Source: Ascoidea asiatica JCM 7603 | Lineage: Eukaryota > Fungi > Ascomycota | Direction: 5' to 3' | Length of the DNA stretch: 64,000 nucleotides | NCBI GenBank assembly: GCA_001600695.1 | Contig: BCKQ01000018.1 | Span: 202,103-266,102, forward strand | Shown: piece by piece, positions 59,205 through 64,000 of the stretch | How the letters are laid out: each line of letters opens with the position of its first letter | How positions within the stretch are numbered: the stretch's first letter is position 1 | Position numbers and translations under genes: made by a program | The notes under the pieces: model-generated | What the model was told of the DNA's origin: nothing | Seen by the model: only the letters and a program-made list of their open reading frames with translations | Database searches by the model: none

Positions 59205-59687
59205 TTATTTGTGAATTGAAGATTTATATTGTTCAATACCTAATGTTGAACACATTGATTGAAATTCTCTTTTACCAGAAGTTAATAAATATTTTTTATT
59301 ATAAATTTCATCCTCTTTATCTCCGATTTTACTTGAATTTATTGGTACTCTAAATTCATCTTTTGCATATTTAATTAAATCTTTTTTAATTAAATCATTA
59401 TCTTTATCAATTTTTTTATAAATTGTTTTGATAATATTTCTAAATAAACTTTTAATTTCCTTATTTAACAAGAATTCCTGAAATGTTGGTATATTTTTAT
59501 TATTAATTTTTTTGGAAACTGTTGAGTAATAAAATCCATCATTGATTTTATTCTTCTTTTGATTTATATATTTTTTGTTATTTCCTATTAAATATTTATT
59601 TGCAAATGAAATTGAAAATACAGATAGAGCGGAATTGCCAATTGTGGTAATTTGTCTTTTTGCTATGTATATCGGAGTTAAAGGCAT
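59205..59687 (-). CDS. Mitochondrial LYR-motif protein (LYRM2-like)
   Basis: PTFQEFLL..EIKSLFR (LYR variant), AKDEFR, YLLTSG. Confidence 0.7.
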   Translation of the reverse strand: MPLTPIYIAKRQITTIGNSALSVFSISFANKYLIGNNKKYINQKKNKINDGFYYSTVSKKINNKNIPTFQEFLLNKEIKSLFRNIIKTIYKKIDKDNDLIKKDLIKYAKDEFRVPINSSKIGDKEDEIYNKKYLLTSGKREFQSMCSTLGIEQYKSSIHK

Positions 59688-60623
59688 AATTTGAGATAAA
59701 TTATCTGAAAAAAATAAAAAAAGATTTAATGAGCTTAGGTATTACTTGATTAGTGCAGCAAAAAAATCTCAATTAAAAAAGTTGTTCGATGATCCAATTA
59801 AATTGAGATTATAATATAAAAAAAAATTGGAGTGTTTTGTAAAAGCAGTTTGATACTCGAGATATATTTTCAAGCCAAAAGGATAATCTTTGACAATAAA
59901 TCAATGGTATAAAAATTTAGCTTTTCCCAGTTTTTTGACTTTTTTCAAGCTTCAATAAAATCAACTCCCAATAACAGGCTTTAAAAGAATAAGAAAAGAT
60001 TTGAAAGGCTGAGCTCAAGAGTTATTTTTGCTACAAAAACAGACTTTTAGACCACGTGAGCTAGCTTATGATCGGAGGTGAAGGCCGCTATATCCGCATA
60101 ACGTGATTTTTAGAGGCTTTTCATTTTGTGGAAATTAGTGGAATTTAAAGAAAATAGGTGAAATAAGCGGAAATAAGTAGAAATGGAAATAAAGATGTCT
60201 TCGACTAACTTAGATTTGAGAAGTTTTGAAGATTTTGCTTATCTCGCTGATTAATTGGTGGTAAGCCATTTGCTTCAGTGATTGACAAAGATTAAAGGAA
60301 GAGTTATTATCATTTTAAATTGCAATCATTATTTGAAAGTAATTGAACATTATTTTGCAAGATAAAAAATAAAAACAGGTATTATAGAATATAAATATCT
60401 TTCATTTTCACTTTTTTTCTTGATTTACTTTTATTGTGAAATCTTATAATTTTATGGAAAACTTATGATTCAAAAATTTTATAATTTTAGAGTTTCAAAA
60501 ATAAAACCTTCAAATTAAAGAAAAGTTTAAATAAATTTTTTTTATCAGTTAAATTTTATCAATTAAATATTATTAGTTAAATTTCAAAGGATATCAAACA
60601 ATATAATCAATTAATTTAAAAAA

Positions 60624-61544
60624 ATGGTTCTCGGCGCTTTATTCAATAAATTACCATCTTTTGGTTCTGATTCATATAATGATAATGTTGATAATGTTGA
60701 AGCAGATTGTTCAAGAACTTGTGAAGCATGTTCACATTCATTTCCAAAATCTTTAAAAATTGATATGACAAGTCCAGCATTTTCAAAAGGTGTAAGTCCA
60801 TGGAAATTACATGTAATTATACCAACAGGAAAATCAGATTGGGAACATGATGCATTTGAAACAAAAGGTACAATAAGACATTTTATTAGAAAATGGTGTG
60901 ATGATCCAAGAAATCAAAAAATTATTGGTGGTGGAATTAAATGCTCAGTTTCAAATATACCTATAGATGATTTAGATCCATTATGTTTTGAAGAAAAAAC
61001 AACAAATATTTTATTATTACCATATTTTATTTGGATTAGAAAAATTAATGTAAATAATTACAATAAAGTTTTAAATAATATTTTACCATTATTATTAAAA
61101 CTAGATATTAATAAAAATATTGTAACCAATGAGAAATTTGAGGAAATATTCAAAAATTCTGAAAATATTGAAAATTCTAAAATTGAAAGATCAAATTTCA
61201 GTTCATATATATTTTTATGTTCACATAGAACAAGAGATAAAAGATGTGGTATAACAGCTCCAATAATGAAAAAAGAAATGGAATTATATCTTAGAGATCT
61301 AGATTTAGTTAGAGATATTGGGGATGATAGACCAAATGGTATTTCAATAAATTTCATTAATCATGTTGGAGGTCATAAATTTTCAGCAAATATGTTCATT
61401 TATAATAAAACTGGAGAAATGATTTGGTTAGGTAGAACAACTCCATTAAATGTTAAACCAATTATTGATGAAACTATTTTAAAAGGTAAAGCTTTTCCAG
61501 AATTAGTTAGAAAAGCTCAGAAATGTAAAGGAGTTGAATGGTAA
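60624..61544 (+). CDS. APD1: Thioredoxin-like [2Fe-2S] ferredoxin (Apd1/Aim32 family)
   Basis: TGKSDW.HD, FLCSHRTRDKRCG, HVGGHKFSAN; no mitochondrial presequence, which favours Apd1. Confidence 0.88.
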   Translation: MVLGALFNKLPSFGSDSYNDNVDNVEADCSRTCEACSHSFPKSLKIDMTSPAFSKGVSPWKLHVIIPTGKSDWEHDAFETKGTIRHFIRKWCDDPRNQKIIGGGIKCSVSNIPIDDLDPLCFEEKTTNILLLPYFIWIRKINVNNYNKVLNNILPLLLKLDINKNIVTNEKFEEIFKNSENIENSKIERSNFSSYIFLCSHRTRDKRCGITAPIMKKEMELYLRDLDLVRDIGDDRPNGISINFINHVGGHKFSANMFIYNKTGEMIWLGRTTPLNVKPIIDETILKGKAFPELVRKAQKCKGVEW

Positions 61545-61854
61545 TCTAATAATTTAAAATAATTGCTCATCTTTGAACCTATTTTTTTTTTTTTCTCTGA
61601 AAATATAAATTCCTTTCACTTTTAATATTCTACTTCAAAGTAATAAATTTTTATATCTAATAATTCTTTCATAGAATCACAATCATTTAGTTTTTGGGAA
61701 TTGACAAAAACATTTACTCAACACGTAATTTTTAACTGCAGTGGTATTAAAAAAATTTTACGTAAGCAAAAAGCGAAAAATTTTAGTTAAACAAAATAAG
61801 GCAAAACTATGTAATTAAAGCGCGTCATAAATTTGAATACACTAACGTTAATAC

Positions 61855-64000
61855 TGTTGTATTCATATATTCCGTTTATTGGGTTATATGTCCGTTAACG
61901 GATACGGAACCCAATTTATTAATTCGATGTTAGCATTTAAAATTTGGGACGCGTTTTGTCTAAATATTGCTGAAAAAACCGTAAAGGGGGAAAATGCGTG
62001 CCCTAACATTGATTGTTAATCATTTTATTCTTTTATTGGAATTGTCTTCGAATATTCTAGGCTATTCTTAGACTTTCTAAAATTTCATAAATTGTTCTAC
62101 GACTACATTTTATTGCGTTCTCCGAACTTCCGTGTGCATGTTAAATGTACTAGAACGTTCTGGGTCTGCATTATTTATTCTTTCTTCGAAGTTCTGTGTG
62201 CATCTCGAATGTACTGGAATCTTTGTGTTTGTTCTTAGAATGACGTAGTGTCTTTTAGAATAATACTTTATTTTATTTCTTTTCTTAAGTATGGGAACTG
62301 AACTTTCACATACTAAATTTACAAATTTATTCTTAAGGTGGGATACTCGCTCCTATTTTCCACTAATATAAATAGAGCACTTACCTCCCATATTTTTTAT
62401 ATAATTTTTATATATTTTATATTTAAATTAACAATTGATTAAAATTTCAATTAGATATCTTCTTAGTAATAATTAGATATTTTGTTTGAACTACAATCAA
62501 ATTTATTAATAAATTTAAAATATCAATTCCTTATTAAAGATAAGTATTATTTTATTTTTTATTGTTTTCTATCTTCCAAGGTAAGTCTGAGTACGACTTC
62601 AAGTCTCTTATTATTATACTAACAAGAGAGGGATCTCGAAAAGTGATGAATCCTCTGACATCTAATTCCCTCCTATATTATTTGGGACACTTCGGGCCGT
62701 TATAGAACATTGTTCTTAGCCTTATGGTGCTTAGGGTTAAGTAGTGAATAGTAGTGATTTAATCCAAATTGAGTTATCTCATGGTTTGAAATCCTAGTCT
62801 GCTACTCATTGCAAGGTAAAAATTAAAACCAATTTCATATTGTATGGAAGTGTTAAGACAATAAAAGAATCTACTAATATATTTTCTTTAATATTACTTT
62901 CTATTTCAAATTATTTATACTACCAATACTTCAACTAATATTACTTTTTATTCGTTTTTTCTTAATTATAATACTCTATTAAATTCAACTTAAAAAAAAA
63001 AAAAAAAAACTTTCCAAAACCAAATAATTTTTTTATACACATAACTAAAGGTAATCAACACTATTTTAACTGAAAAAATATAATCATGACTGAAACTATT
63101 AAATCTTTATCCAAAAAATTTAATGACAACATTGCCTTAAATGAAGGTACATTTAATAAAATGGATAAACCAATTACATCAGTTAGTGAATCAATCAACA
63201 AACTAAGATCTGATGTTAGTCAAAGATTTAAAAATCAAGATTCAACTACTCTTAAATACAGTAAGCATTTTGATGGCTTAAGATCTACTATTACAAATCA
63301 AACATCGGATATGAATTTTATTAAAGATATGCTTAAATCCATTACATCTTCTTTGTCTAAAACTTCTACAATTAATGATCCTGTTTCTCAAACTAAACAA
63401 GCAGATGCTTCCGCTTCAGACTAAACTAGTGCTACAGCTAATAAAAATGTTGCTGCTCATCCAAATGTCAATACTACTGATGATGCTGATAAAACTAGAT
63501 TTTTTGAAGCTGAAGACAAAAACAAAGAAGAAACTCTTAAATCACCAACTATACCAGCTGCTGCTCCAAGGGTTCAAAAGCTTGCACAAGGTTTTCAAGC
63601 AGCCAAACAAAATAACCAGAACATATTCACTGAACTGAATGAGGTTAATAACTGAAGATATGATCTCAATCAAATAAAATCTGATGAAATAAAGATTGAG
63701 TCTGCTGCTTGGTAGAATCCGAAGGTTGAAAGTGTTTTACTTTGGCCAGGTATGGCAATAAACAGAGATACTTCTGGTATTGTTATGGATGGTACTTCAA
63801 AACCACCAAAATTAAAACAAAATTTAATTATTGAAGGTAGACAAGATAGAAAATTAATTCTAAAATTACACTCTATTGAAACTTACTTCAAAATGAATAG
63901 GTTAAGATATGATTTATGGGGTATAAATCTTTATAGCTATATTCCAGAATCTATGAATTTAGAATGGATTAAGTTCATTAGAACCATTGCAAGAAATGGT
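61855..64000 (+). mobile_element. Probable 5' end of a second LTR retroelement (Ty3/gypsy-like?), truncated by the window edge; putative LTR 61855-62624
   Basis: TGTTGTA...TACTAACA termini, TATAAATA near 62368, internal direct repeats, then a long leader and a gag-like pseudo-ORF. The partner LTR and pol are not visible. Confidence 0.45.
63086..64000 (+). pseudogene. Gag-like ORF with three in-frame stops (63422, 63653, 63713), running off the window
   Basis: One frame gives a coiled-coil N-terminus, an Ala/Thr linker and a capsid-like segment LHSIETYFKMNRLRYDLWG...W..F. Confidence 0.5.

Noticed and set aside
1-64000. tRNA, rRNA, spliceosomal snRNA genes and CRISPR arrays
   Set aside because: No T-loop/B-box cloverleaf, rRNA or snRNA signature, or repeat-spacer array was seen by eye; the DNA is eukaryotic.

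Overview
Eukaryotic nuclear DNA from a very AT-rich budding yeast (Saccharomycotina). It retains a complex I subunit, so it is not Saccharomycetaceae; an Ascoidea-like genome is only a guess from composition. The window holds about 25 host genes (APM3, FCY1, REC8, SPB4, DEG1, an Mpv17/PMP22 protein, VPS60, COQ3, VPS72, RRP3, THG1, ADK2, RIB7, RPB5, MDM20, NDUFA12, a PIR wall protein, CTP1, BSD2, AIM45, MRPS9, a LYR protein, APD1 and three orphans). Four genes have spliceosomal introns missed by the ORF track. It also holds a full-length but inactivated Ty1/copia retrotransposon (41555-47712; TSD AAAAC, LTRs about 925 bp), decayed pseudogene relics near 49.4-51.7 kb, and the 5' end of a probable second LTR element at the right edge. 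Highlights: (1) both LTRs of the copia element carry a disrupted copy of the same ~137-aa accessory ORF; (2) gag and pol are joined by a hybrid Ty3/Ty1-type +1 frameshift heptamer, GCG-AGG-C; (3) REC8-SPB4-DEG1, whose S. cerevisiae orthologs lie near the paralogous centromeres CEN16/CEN6, sit in an extreme AT trough beside a 7.5-kb gene-poor gap (centromere candidate); (4) that gap contains a candidate structured ncRNA; (5) GC3 switches abruptly inside SPB4. All identifications come from reading motifs by eye; no searches were run.
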